From a virus, in the IMG/VR virus record IMGVR_UViG_3300036767_000362: DNA of 64,000 nt; one strand, written 5' to 3'. Of this stretch, positions 56,101 to 64,000 are shown in pieces. The notes below the pieces were generated by a model. It saw nothing but the letters and a program-made list of their open reading frames with translations. It was not told where the DNA came from and made no database searches. The position numbers and the translations under genes were made by a program. Each line of letters opens with the position of its first letter. Position 1 is the first letter of the stretch.

Positions 56101-59100
56101 TTTCGTTTTTACCACTTGTTCCTAAATTAATTTTGTAAATTGTTGAATCTCTAGTACTTGCTGGAGCAACTTCGGCAGATGCTTCCACAGTTGTAACTTC
56201 ATATCTTGTAACACCTATTACGCCACCGTGATCTATTTCTACTTCTGAATTATTAGTAACAACAGTATCTAAATCATAAACATAAATTGATAATGCTCCA
56301 CTAGGATGAGTTAAATTTACTCCGTCATCGCGAACTAATGCCGCTTGAACCATATCTTTTGTTAATGTTATAGGATCAATTGCTTCGTTTGGATCACTAC
56401 CTGCTGAAACAATTCCGTATGTTCCGTGACAACAAGAACCGTTTAATGATCTAATTTTTCCACCGCTGTTGGCAAAGTATGCCGTTTCGCAAAAATAAGT
56501 GAAACAGGATACTAATTCTGTTAATGCACTATTATTAACAACAAAGCCATAACCTAAATCATTTACTTGAGTAAATGCGTGTGCTAAAGCTGATCTATTA
56601 CCTGCTGTTTGTATATCAATACTAAAAGGTGTTGCTTCAGAAAATCCATTACCGTCATTAGAAGAACTATCAAGAAGTAATTGAGCTGTTCCATTTGGTC
56701 CATCATAACTTTTTATTGCATTAATTTGATATCTATTACCTGCAATATAAAAAGGACAAGGTGTTTGAGGTTTTCTAATTCTTAAACCTGTTCCTGCATC
56801 ACTTGTTACGTCTAATATAAAAGGACTAACCACGTTAGTTACTTTTGTAGGTAAATTACCTGCGAATGCATCAATATACATTCCACCGCTAAATGTTTTA
56901 GCATTTTTAGATGCAGAATAACAAGCCGCGTCAAATGTATAAGGTGATTTAGTATAAACTGCTCCTTCAGGATCTAATACTTCAGAAAAGCCTCCATGAT
57001 TTTGAAATGTTATATTTTTTATAATACTAGAATTGTTTACTAAAAGTACATCTAAATCTTTATTGTTTTTAGGAGTACTAGCAGAATTATTTGCATCTGA
57101 CAAATAATGATAACCATAATTTTGTGTTGCAATTGTTAAACCATCAAATGTTGTATCTCTGTAAAAATACATTCGTACCCAAGGAGATTCTGATACTCTG
57201 TCTTTTGGTCTAATAATAACTCTTCTAAATTCATCTCCTTGTAAGGAAACGTTTTCAGGTAATTTGATTGGATAATCTTCGTAATATACACCTGATTCAA
57301 CTTTAATTGCTATGTGCTTATCTCTAATTGGTTGAGCAAATACCATTTCTTCACTAATGGAGAACATTTTAGGTTCTAATAAATCAACTTCAATTGTATC
57401 TGCTGATGCACCTGCAGTTACAGAAACCACTCTACCTATTGCTTTAGAAGTTTTACCTCTAACAATTTTTCCAGCAATTAAATCTGGTTGACTTAATTGA
57501 TTGGCATCTAATCTTCCTGTGCTACCATTATTAAGTGTAAGACTAATTGTACTACCATCAACAAGAGCTGGAGCCGTGCTTAATCCATTAGTAATAATAC
57601 CTTCTATAATTGTAAATTTTGCTTGAGCAGATGCTAATCCATTTGCATCTACTGTTTGTCCATTATTAATTGTTTGTCCGTAATTTGTTTGATATAAAGT
57701 TCCTGGTGCTGTATTTGTTAAAACATTGTTTGTTATTGTTTTAGCATAACCAATCGCCGCCAATGTATGAGCTTTTTGTGTAGTGATTGCATATAATCCA
57801 CTATTACTATTATAAAATCTTTCACCACATTGTACAGATTGATAATTTGCATTTAAACCGTTTAGTATATCTATAACTAAACCATCAAGCATATAACCTA
57901 AATCTCTAATACATAAATTTCTAAAGTTTGTGTGAGTTGGATATTGACTTTCTGTATAAGCAGTTGCTTCTTGAATTATAAATTGTCTATTAGCTTCAAC
58001 TAATATTTTTACTGCTGTATAACCACTACTGTTTGTTACACCTTGAGTTAATACTGTAGAATTATTTGCTCCACTATTATATGTAAGAGTTTGTACCCAA
58101 GGACCTGGTTCAAACGGAGCAGTTTTCATTATTTCTTCTGCTCTCTTACAAGCCGCACCTACAGTAGCATAAGCATAACTAGAAGACCTTCCCCATCTGT
58201 CTTGAGGTATTCCAGTCATTGAATCATCACCGCTAGTGTTTACATATATGTTACTTTTAGAATGTTCTGCCGCTTCGTCTACATAAAATTTTGTTGCCGC
58301 TTGTAAATCACCATCTCTAACAGCGTCTTGAATTTTAGGTACTACATCTAAACCATTTGTAGTAATATCAACAATAGTTGCAACTAGTGAAGTTATTTTT
58401 GCAGTAGCACCTGCTTCTGTAGTTTTAGTTTTATAAATTTGAGTTGTAACAACTGGACTTTGATTTGTTGAAAGTGCAACTTGTGGTAAAATATTTGTAT
58501 TAATAAAATCTCTTAATTTATTATTAACTGCTGTTGCGTATGCAATTTCTCCACTACCTAATTGAGATGAAGCACCTTCCCAATAATATTTTGAAGTTCT
58601 TATACTTTCTGAATTACCACCATATCTTATATCATGTGCTAACGCATCAATATTAAATTTTGTATCTCTTTCGCATTTTTCATGACGTGTTGTATTATGA
58701 ATTCCTGGATTGTTAGCATCAAACCAAGACATTACTTCATCTGCTAAAAATTCTTTATTTGCTTCTATTAAAGTTGCCGCGTTTGGATATAATGCTCCTA
58801 GACCTGCCATTGCTCCTGGGTGGTCGTGCAAATTAAGAGCACCATCCATACTGTCACCTTGTCTACGGACAACAGATTTTCTAGGAAGTGCTTCTGAACT
58901 TAACCAATTTCCATATAAAGCAGTATCTAATTCAGCATCAGTTATAGTTTGAGTTCCTGTACCTCCACTAGCTACAATTTTAACTCTTGTACCATCATTA
59001 TCATTTGTTGCTTCTGCTTGGCTGGCGTGTAATGAAAGAGTACTTCCATCTACATATCTAATATAATAAATTGTTGCTGATGTTAAATTTACTGCATCAT

Positions 59101-59758
59101 TTCCTGTTGAATTATAAATGAAAGCTAATCCATTAGATCCTGCGTCAAAACCATGACTAGCTATTGTAAGGTCACCACTATTGTAAGCAGTAATTGTTAA
59201 TGTATATTCTGTAGTATCTGCGGGTTCTGATCTAACTCTTAATTGGCCTGATGCTCCACTAGGGCCTCCTGAAACTTTTAAATATCTTTGGTCAGCATAT
59301 TGTTTTGTAATTACAAGATCATCTATAGTAATATTTGAACCATGTGTTGAATTATAATCTGTTACTGCTGTATCTGTTACTTTTACATTACCTATTGCGA
59401 AATTATTTCCATTTAAAGGTCCACCTAATGATGGTTGAGTGTCTGAGGCAACTGTTGCACCTGTACTGTTTAAAATAATTTTAGATGCATCACTGGCTGT
59501 ATCAATAGCCATTCCTATACCACCAGTAAGCTGTCTCATTTCGATAGCATTACCGGCATCGTTTGTTATTGGAATGTTTTTGGAACCTCCAAGTGTATCA
59601 GGAGTATCACTTAATGATGCAAATGTTACTTGACCGCCTTGCCCGAATACTGCATATAGTTCTGTAAAGTTTTCATTCGATTTACGAAATGCGTCTCTTA
59701 TCGCATCACCCGTGCCATCGTTACCTTCTATACCTATATTAATAATCTGTTTAGCCAT
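53195..59758 (-). CDS. 2187-aa tail structural protein with C-terminal autocleaving chaperone-like domain
   Basis: gp9/gp10-like N-terminus (GNDGTGDAIRDAFRKSNENFTELY); beta-helix-like core (GVYYE.YPI.LP.NVSL.GDEFRR); C-terminal ADLAENY...GVVSDKPAYLMN...ALQGRV. Confidence 0.75.
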   Translation of the reverse strand: MAKQIINIGIEGNDGTGDAIRDAFRKSNENFTELYAVFGQGGQVTFASLSDTPDTLGGSKNIPITNDAGNAIEMRQLTGGIGMAIDTASDASKIILNSTGATVASDTQPSLGGPLNGNNFAIGNVKVTDTAVTDYNSTHGSNITIDDLVITKQYADQRYLKVSGGPSGASGQLRVRSEPADTTEYTLTITAYNSGDLTIASHGFDAGSNGLAFIYNSTGNDAVNLTSATIYYIRYVDGSTLSLHASQAEATNDNDGTRVKIVASGGTGTQTITDAELDTALYGNWLSSEALPRKSVVRRQGDSMDGALNLHDHPGAMAGLGALYPNAATLIEANKEFLADEVMSWFDANNPGIHNTTRHEKCERDTKFNIDALAHDIRYGGNSESIRTSKYYWEGASSQLGSGEIAYATAVNNKLRDFINTNILPQVALSTNQSPVVTTQIYKTKTTEAGATAKITSLVATIVDITTNGLDVVPKIQDAVRDGDLQAATKFYVDEAAEHSKSNIYVNTSGDDSMTGIPQDRWGRSSSYAYATVGAACKRAEEIMKTAPFEPGPWVQTLTYNSGANNSTVLTQGVTNSSGYTAVKILVEANRQFIIQEATAYTESQYPTHTNFRNLCIRDLGYMLDGLVIDILNGLNANYQSVQCGERFYNSNSGLYAITTQKAHTLAAIGYAKTITNNVLTNTAPGTLYQTNYGQTINNGQTVDANGLASAQAKFTIIEGIITNGLSTAPALVDGSTISLTLNNGSTGRLDANQLSQPDLIAGKIVRGKTSKAIGRVVSVTAGASADTIEVDLLEPKMFSISEEMVFAQPIRDKHIAIKVESGVYYEDYPIKLPENVSLQGDEFRRVIIRPKDRVSESPWVRMYFYRDTTFDGLTIATQNYGYHYLSDANNSASTPKNNKDLDVLLVNNSSIIKNITFQNHGGFSEVLDPEGAVYTKSPYTFDAACYSASKNAKTFSGGMYIDAFAGNLPTKVTNVVSPFILDVTSDAGTGLRIRKPQTPCPFYIAGNRYQINAIKSYDGPNGTAQLLLDSSSNDGNGFSEATPFSIDIQTAGNRSALAHAFTQVNDLGYGFVVNNSALTELVSCFTYFCETAYFANSGGKIRSLNGSCCHGTYGIVSAGSDPNEAIDPITLTKDMVQAALVRDDGVNLTHPSGALSIYVYDLDTVVTNNSEVEIDHGGVIGVTRYEVTTVEASAEVAPASTRDSTIYKINLGTSGKNETSTTGLKAALADDQTVTIRANSQFVFSDVNNTAPSKPTTAVVFDETSTITYRSISYSTSNPVGVALPANTALIAFDDVYDYVKMSLNETEAQNNTHAGSGTTMGHTIGDVVIAINTIPEAADIARLNNGDMTFGWDGKTHKVANYVDRTTYATVEITDVSNINPTPIGAGIHSAMTGYVATNGGSPTFRVGLSATEPASITVFVSTARASNHDFLDIGTGGFNTTNFPNVIYGDATTASSQTNETVEKLKGRVYYVSTDQDGFFRVGKYFTVDQATGTVSFAAAIAISNLDGIGFKRGVVVAEFSTDGSMVDNSTDSVPTESAVREYVNRRLGFDHATTLVGNPIGAGTIARDGSIPFTNHMAVGGFKLTGLSDPSSDQDATTKSYVDNIIYETDQIENIRNVNIGNLAEAQLLIFNGKYRMYTVPAVGGNFAVSDTFTGSVTGATGTIVDVEVLVLPGAVNATRITYTWTSSPTQFTTADTIDTGGGVTAQVIDTAINEMGNAVVTASDVEMTANRTATQTELTFNIASNVIINADVKSDAAIAQSKLNMNAATSRANASGISQADLGLASFDSGDFTVTNGWVELSSSGIDFADLPQLDQYQAYGRTDSGTGDVNAVTFSDIISQGGAVVDADFTTELDAASDPGETLIKESAGVYKVTNVTKTGEVNSIVKTDTTGVTDLAGLKIDGNLALDSSASTLNITTPGGIDFATGIGSTQANTVTSLPGRRLDIGGADASASNTQGASDGALAVDHIYTKFIESTGKANNPTGIAIGQSSAYVSDTDDSAEGRVAIVADGSVPLLVTTQGIVPGDANMTFNIGDSSRRYNTMYANIFDGTATRSLYADLAENYTADDNYEIGTVVIFGGDKEVTTTQLSEDTRVAGVVSDKPAYLMNSAQEGGTPIALQGRVKVKVTGMCRKGDMLVTSSVRGHASSSPDPRVGTVLGKALEDHMNPSVGVIEMVVGRV

Positions 59759-60101
59759 TTACCTTATCCATATCAAAAGTTATAGATTCTCCACAACCAC
59801 ATGACGATTTAACTTTTGGACTTGTAATATCAAAATATGAACCCCATACTTCTGATACAAAATTTAATTCTGATCCAAGTAAAAACATTATACTTGTTGA
59901 ATCTACTAATAATTTTCCACCAGTAAATTCAATTAATTCGTCACGTTTGTCAATTTCATTTTTTTCTGCAAAACCCCAGTCATAGGAAAAACCAGCACAT
60001 CCTCCGCCTTTAATTCCTAGTTTTACTGCATATTTGTTGTTTTGTGAACAAAGATCTTTAATCTTCTGCTCTGCAGAATCAGTAAGTGTTAATATCGCCA
60101 T
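59751..60101 (-). CDS. iscA: A-type Fe-S carrier (IscA/ErpA/HesB)
   Basis: LTDSA, GGGCAGFSY, SSCGCGES. Confidence 0.92.
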   Translation of the reverse strand: MAILTLTDSAEQKIKDLCSQNNKYAVKLGIKGGGCAGFSYDWGFAEKNEIDKRDELIEFTGGKLLVDSTSIMFLLGSELNFVSEVWGSYFDITSPKVKSSCGCGESITFDMDKVNG

Positions 60102-60164
60102 TTTTATGTTTCCTGTTAATGTTATTTATGGTAAATTTATTAATCCTAATGTAAATAATAACGT

Positions 60165-60452
60165 ATGTTTATTAGTGCAGAAAAAATAGTAACTTGGGCA
60201 GAAAGAACAAGTAAATTAGGTAAAAAACACAAATGTAAAAGAACAAAAACAGTATATTCTTTTAAGTGTGATTCTTGTTCAAAAATGTTCTCTAGACTTA
60301 AAGGTAGTATAGAGGTGAAACGATTGTCTAATTTTTATAAACACGTATGCAATGAATGTAATCCTAAGAAATTTGCTCAAGAGCAAGGTGTCAAGCAAAG
60401 AAAAATACTAGATATGCCTGTATCTAGTAAAAAGCGTATAAGCGATTTTTAA
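60165..60452 (+). CDS. Zn-ribbon protein
   Basis: CDSC...CNEC; divergent gene with GTAAATA 7 nt upstream of ATG. Confidence 0.65.
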   Translation: MFISAEKIVTWAERTSKLGKKHKCKRTKTVYSFKCDSCSKMFSRLKGSIEVKRLSNFYKHVCNECNPKKFAQEQGVKQRKILDMPVSSKKRISDF

Positions 60453-60455
60453 TTA

Positions 60456-60572
60456 TTATTTTTTCTTTTTAAACCAGTTAAAAGGATTAAGTAAACCAGC
60501 TAAATCTTCAACTTTTTCGTTTACCCACCATCCTACAACAAATCCAACTATAAATGCTATTGTTAAAAACAT
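60456..60572 (-). CDS. 38-aa single-TM microprotein
   Basis: Not in track; SD AGGAG; MFLTIAFIVGFVVGWWVNEKVEDLAGLLNPFNWFKKKK; late motif 60591-60598. Confidence 0.65.
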   Translation of the reverse strand: MFLTIAFIVGFVVGWWVNEKVEDLAGLLNPFNWFKKKK

Positions 60573-60593
60573 ATTTGTCTCCTTGTACTATAT

Positions 60594-61304
60594 TTATTTC
60601 CAATTCTCTTTACACCACGGGTCACAACATACTTTAGGATTAGGATCTCCATGAAATATAGCTATGCTTGTTTCTTTCTGTATTGTGGGGTGACCGGGTG
60701 ATTTAAAATCTCTAATACCGTCTTGTCGTCTAATTAATGGGGGCCTATTTCTCATTTCCCATTTATAACTCATTATCCATTCGTCCGGCCAAAACTCAAA
60801 ATTATTTTTTACATTGGCAAATAACCAATCTTGGTCGCCGTGAAATCGTCTTGCTGTATGTCCTGCGTCTTTTATAAATTCATTATAAACTTGTGGATGT
60901 TGTCCTGTTTGCCATCTAACAACACTTGAATTAAATCTGTTCCATTCTTTATTAGTAGATCTATTAAAATCTCTTACTACACAAAAAGAACCAGGTTTGT
61001 AATGAAAAAGGTTGTCTATATTTTTAAATATTATTACATCTAAATCAATATAAAGAACTGTACTATGTTGTAGTTGAGGTAATAAAGGATTCATTAATAA
61101 AGGCTTATACCACCATCCTGATATTTTAGGATATCCAGTTGGTAGTTCTACAGTTTTTATATCATTTACTAAACCTGCTCTGTCTTCAGTAAAACAAAGA
61201 AATTCATGTTCAACTGTACAAAATCTTTTAATCATACTATGTAGAGTATTAACATAGTCTGGTCCGTATTTGGTTCCTTGTTTAAGACAAATAATTTTAT
61301 TCAT
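60594..61304 (-). CDS. GT-A fold glycosyltransferase-like (GT8-like)
   Basis: G.KY...YVN.L, YIDLDV (DxD), FNSSV, GDQDW, FHGDPNP. Confidence 0.75.
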   Translation of the reverse strand: MNKIICLKQGTKYGPDYVNTLHSMIKRFCTVEHEFLCFTEDRAGLVNDIKTVELPTGYPKISGWWYKPLLMNPLLPQLQHSTVLYIDLDVIIFKNIDNLFHYKPGSFCVVRDFNRSTNKEWNRFNSSVVRWQTGQHPQVYNEFIKDAGHTARRFHGDQDWLFANVKNNFEFWPDEWIMSYKWEMRNRPPLIRRQDGIRDFKSPGHPTIQKETSIAIFHGDPNPKVCCDPWCKENWK

Positions 61305-61310
61305 TAAATT

Positions 61311-61889
61311 CTACCATTTTTTAATATTTTTAATTTTAAGGTTTTTAATACCTTTCCAACTTGGGGGTAATATAAAATGTTCATTTACCCAATAATTAAA
61401 TTTTATATTTGAAAAATTTTCAAATATTTTTTTATTTTGATATATCCAATAACGCGGATCTACAGGATCAGTATCGGGATCATTATAACTTAAGGTGCCT
61501 TTATAAACATTATTTACTTTACTATCTTTGCCATAGAGATCAAATCCTATAATATCTAATTTTCCATCATTACAATTTTCAATACCTATTAAAAGTGCAA
61601 ATTGTCCTGCTCCCCAATGCATAGGTTGGTCAGGTCTATCTTTCCCTTCATAAAATAGGGTTGGTACTTCAAAAATGCCTGTATACATATCAAGCCAATC
61701 GGGCCTAGTATATATCATGGCGTGTTTAGTGTTTTCGTGACCTACTGCTTCTCTGAGCATTCTTCTGTCGACGCATACCAAATGGTCCACTATACAATCT
61801 CTAAAGACAGCATTACAGCCAACTATTTCAGATTGGATGCTATTTAATTTGATTGATTTTCTGCTTTCGCCGTTACCTATTATTACCAT
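61311..61889 (-). CDS. Rossmann-like protein (MptE/DUF115-like)
   Basis: IIGNGESR, GCNA, LVCVD, IIGFD. Confidence 0.55.
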   Translation of the reverse strand: MVIIGNGESRKSIKLNSIQSEIVGCNAVFRDCIVDHLVCVDRRMLREAVGHENTKHAMIYTRPDWLDMYTGIFEVPTLFYEGKDRPDQPMHWGAGQFALLIGIENCNDGKLDIIGFDLYGKDSKVNNVYKGTLSYNDPDTDPVDPRYWIYQNKKIFENFSNIKFNYWVNEHFILPPSWKGIKNLKIKNIKKW

Positions 61890-61906
61890 GCTTAAATACT
61901 GTTACT

Positions 61907-62359
61907 ATGTGTATTTACAACCATATTCAGAATTGGATACAAGCAATTGGAACTCCTACTAAAAAATTAGATGGTCATTCTGTTTGCCCATATGCTAAAA
62001 AGGCAGATTTTAATTTGGTTATTTGTAAAGAAGATGTTTTAGCAAATTGTTTTGATTTTGTTCGTAATAAACACTTAAAAAAAGAAGTAACAGTTTTTAT
62101 ATTTAATGATGAGCTTTCTATATTTCAATTAAAATTTTTATGCGGATTGCTTAATACAGAATTTCCAAAATATGTGTTTTATCCTGACCATCGTAAAAGA
62201 AAAACGTATGTGGGAGAAGCAATATCAAGTAATGGAAAATATAATGTTGTATTAGCACAAAAAAGAAAAGAATTAGAAAAAGCAAGAACTAAATTAAAAG
62301 AAACAAATTACTATTCATTTTGGAGTAAAAAATACCTTAAAGAAATTTTAAATACATAA
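61907..62359 (+). CDS. Hypothetical protein
   Basis: Start re-assigned to MCIYNH; VCPYAKK, LAQ...L..AR..L....YY..W. Confidence 0.6.
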   Translation: MCIYNHIQNWIQAIGTPTKKLDGHSVCPYAKKADFNLVICKEDVLANCFDFVRNKHLKKEVTVFIFNDELSIFQLKFLCGLLNTEFPKYVFYPDHRKRKTYVGEAISSNGKYNVVLAQKRKELEKARTKLKETNYYSFWSKKYLKEILNT

Positions 62360-62360
62360 C

Positions 62361-62705
62361 TTATTTTTTAAGTTTTTTATGCTCTTTTCTTCTTTCTTTT
62401 CTAGCTTTTATTAAATCAACTTTAATATTTTTTAATTCTTTTGTAATTTCAGCAAATTTAACACTAGCATATTTTTTTAATTTTACAAAGTTGCGTATAG
62501 TTCCTACAACCCACCACCACCATATTCCGGCAATTATAGCAAATAAAATGCATATTAGCCCTAGGGTATATTCTAATAATGATTGAAAGTCGAATGCGAC
62601 TACTAGCAAAACAATAACAAGAGCAATTAGTGGACCTATTTTGGCCAACCAACTCCAAAGGTTAATTTGATTTTCTAGTCTCCGATAGTGCCGAAAGATT
62701 TCCAT
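62361..62705 (-). CDS. Two-TM membrane protein with basic C-tail
   Basis: Two hydrophobic segments, WWWW; probable start MEIFRH. Confidence 0.6.
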   Translation of the reverse strand: MEIFRHYRRLENQINLWSWLAKIGPLIALVIVLLVVAFDFQSLLEYTLGLICILFAIIAGIWWWWVVGTIRNFVKLKKYASVKFAEITKELKNIKVDLIKARKERRKEHKKLKK

Positions 62706-63553
62706 AAACCAGGTGTTCCTGTTTTTGTACATACCCAACCGATAACGTTACCTGGAGTAGGATTACTATTCCATGTAATATCTCCTTGAGAATGTGCGCC
62801 TTCTGATGGTGCTTCAGTACCTGTGTGGAATCGTTTGCCTTGAAATCTTATTGGTCCGTCTACATCTAATGATATGTTTTCTGCAATTTGATTAACGCCT
62901 ATACCAACTTTGCCGTAGACATTCATTTTCATTTGGCCACCTAGTGTTCCAATTTGAACATCACCATGTGCACCAATTGTTATTCTGTCTGTATTATCTG
63001 TTTGAATTTTTAATGAGGCTGTTGTATAAGTTCCTATTTCTGCGTTGTCTTCGTTAGGTTGTACTCTAAATTCTACTTCATTAGATGAAACTGATAATTG
63101 ACCATTAGGAATATCAGTTCCTACACCAAGTCTCATAAAGCCTGCATCGTAGAAAATAAATGAGTCTAAGTTAATATTACCATTAACTGCTAAACCTTCA
63201 AGAACGCCTACTTTTTTAAGATTAGAACTTTTAATTGTTGGTCCTAAACTAGTTGCATTTATTACTTCTGTATTATCTATAGAATAACTAGCGTCTTTGT
63301 GTAGGTCAATACTATTGCTACTCCAAATTCTGTCAGGGTTTCCTTGGAAACTAAATGTTTTAGTATTTCCATATCCACTCCATTGTAGCCCTTTGCCGTA
63401 TATGGCATTGGATTCAGTACCTTTAAAATTGATTGATTTATCCACATTTGTTACAGTAGGGGCTTCATCTACAGAGGCAGTTATATTCTCTATAGCATTA
63501 CCCAATGTAACTAGTCCAGCTTTAACGGAAATTATGTCTTCTCGTATACTCAT
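62675..63553 (-). CDS. Virion/fibre-like protein
   Basis: Beta-rich, ends GDITWNSNPTPGNVIGWVC...GTPGLWKSFG; GATAAATA 7 nt upstream of MSIRE. Confidence 0.6.
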   Translation of the reverse strand: MSIREDIISVKAGLVTLGNAIENITASVDEAPTVTNVDKSINFKGTESNAIYGKGLQWSGYGNTKTFSFQGNPDRIWSSNSIDLHKDASYSIDNTEVINATSLGPTIKSSNLKKVGVLEGLAVNGNINLDSFIFYDAGFMRLGVGTDIPNGQLSVSSNEVEFRVQPNEDNAEIGTYTTASLKIQTDNTDRITIGAHGDVQIGTLGGQMKMNVYGKVGIGVNQIAENISLDVDGPIRFQGKRFHTGTEAPSEGAHSQGDITWNSNPTPGNVIGWVCTKTGTPGLWKSFGTIGD

Positions 63554-63563
63554 ATGCAATTAT

Positions 63564-64000
63564 TTATCTAATAGTCCGAAGTAATATAACGTCTGGATTA
63601 ATACGTCCATTTAATTTTAGGCCCATAGCTTTAATATCATCAAGGTCTTCTTTTAGTTTAGTCTTAGGGCCATTTATAAAGTGTGGTAGCTGTTCTGGGG
63701 GTTTTCTGAGTGTTTTTTGTACACTAATTTCTTGATTAAACCTAATTATCGACGTACCTTTTACACCTAATCCAGTACCATCTCTTTCTTGACCTTGTGG
63801 ATCATATACAGATGTTACGTAGTATCCTATCTTTCTAGTTTTAGTATTATAAACCCATAGTTCTTCACAGCCTATTATTTCTTCTGGATTTATACTAATC
63901 AATTTAAGCCTATCGTCTTCACGTTTATATTTTAATTTTGAAATTGCTTTTGCTTTATTAACAGGTTTTCTTTTCCTTGATTTTCTATTAGCATTAGCTA
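63564..64000 (-). CDS. Hypothetical phage protein (5' end outside window)
   Basis: Frame is open to the window edge (...ANANRKSRKRKPVNKAKAISKLKYKREDDRLKLISINP...). Confidence 0.75.
   Translation of the reverse strand, partial: ANANRKSRKRKPVNKAKAISKLKYKREDDRLKLISINPEEIIGCEELWVYNTKTRKIGYYVTSVYDPQGQERDGTGLGVKGTSIIRFNQEISVQKTLRKPPEQLPHFINGPKTKLKEDLDDIKAMGLKLNGRINPDVILLRTIR

Noticed and set aside
2296-63584. Numerous plus-strand ORFs in the track (e.g. 4031-4435, 32442-32828, 48219-48572, 52386-52871, 52789-53283)
   Set aside because: Antisense to clear minus-strand genes, with typical antisense composition; only 60165-60452 and 61907-62359 occupy their own space.
1-64000. Bacterial chromosome origin (ClpA, DnaJ, rplL, guaC, def) or stop-codon recoding
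   Set aside because: Host-like genes are isolated from their normal operons and interleaved with PolB, clamp loader, lysis and tail genes; ORFs tile densely with TAA, TAG and TGA all used as stops.
1-64000. tRNA, rRNA, IS elements, introns or inteins
   Set aside because: No cloverleaf/T-loop signatures in the short gaps, no transposase or homing nuclease, and PolB, ClpA and the loader are normal length.

Overview
This is a 64-kb segment of a large, AT-rich (roughly 30% GC by eye), gene-dense lytic tailed phage with T4-like/jumbo myovirus traits, read almost entirely on the minus strand in the standard genetic code. The host is Gram-negative (two-component spanins) and is inferred to be an aquatic alphaproteobacterium (DUF2093, bL12, IscA, ClpA, PDF). 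In transcription order (right to left) it carries: baseplate/tail genes with a subtilisin (44-60 kb); replication and chaperone genes (DnaE fragment, GroES, clamp loader, ThyX, SET, parvulin); a lysis cassette (36-38.5 kb); DnaJ-PDF-ClpA; a block of late proteins with a shared M-K/R-x-x-E-hydrophobic N-terminus, including a 915-aa modular protein (24.8-32.4 kb); QueD, C-N hydrolase, GMP reductase and bL12; PolB, exonuclease and a probable clamp; an 11-kb 7-deazaguanine DNA-modification cluster (5.8-16.3 kb); RNase H; and a MoxR/vWA-metallopeptidase pair. The best candidates for novel biology are: (1) a DpdA + FolE/QueD/QueE + DpdL-like pathway with no QueC in the window, fused with a glycosyltransferase and two sugar-type oxidoreductases, suggesting an undescribed glycosylated 7-deazaguanine base; (2) a probable capsid-packaged, protease-cleaved polyprotein/cargo system carrying a SutA-like RNAP-binding motif; (3) apparent window-wide avoidance of GCWGC, visible in Ala-Ala codon pairs; (4) a twin identical-loop hairpin operator in front of the DNA polymerase gene. 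I saw no tRNA, rRNA, CRISPR array or IS element. All protein calls come from motif recognition by eye; no database searches were run.
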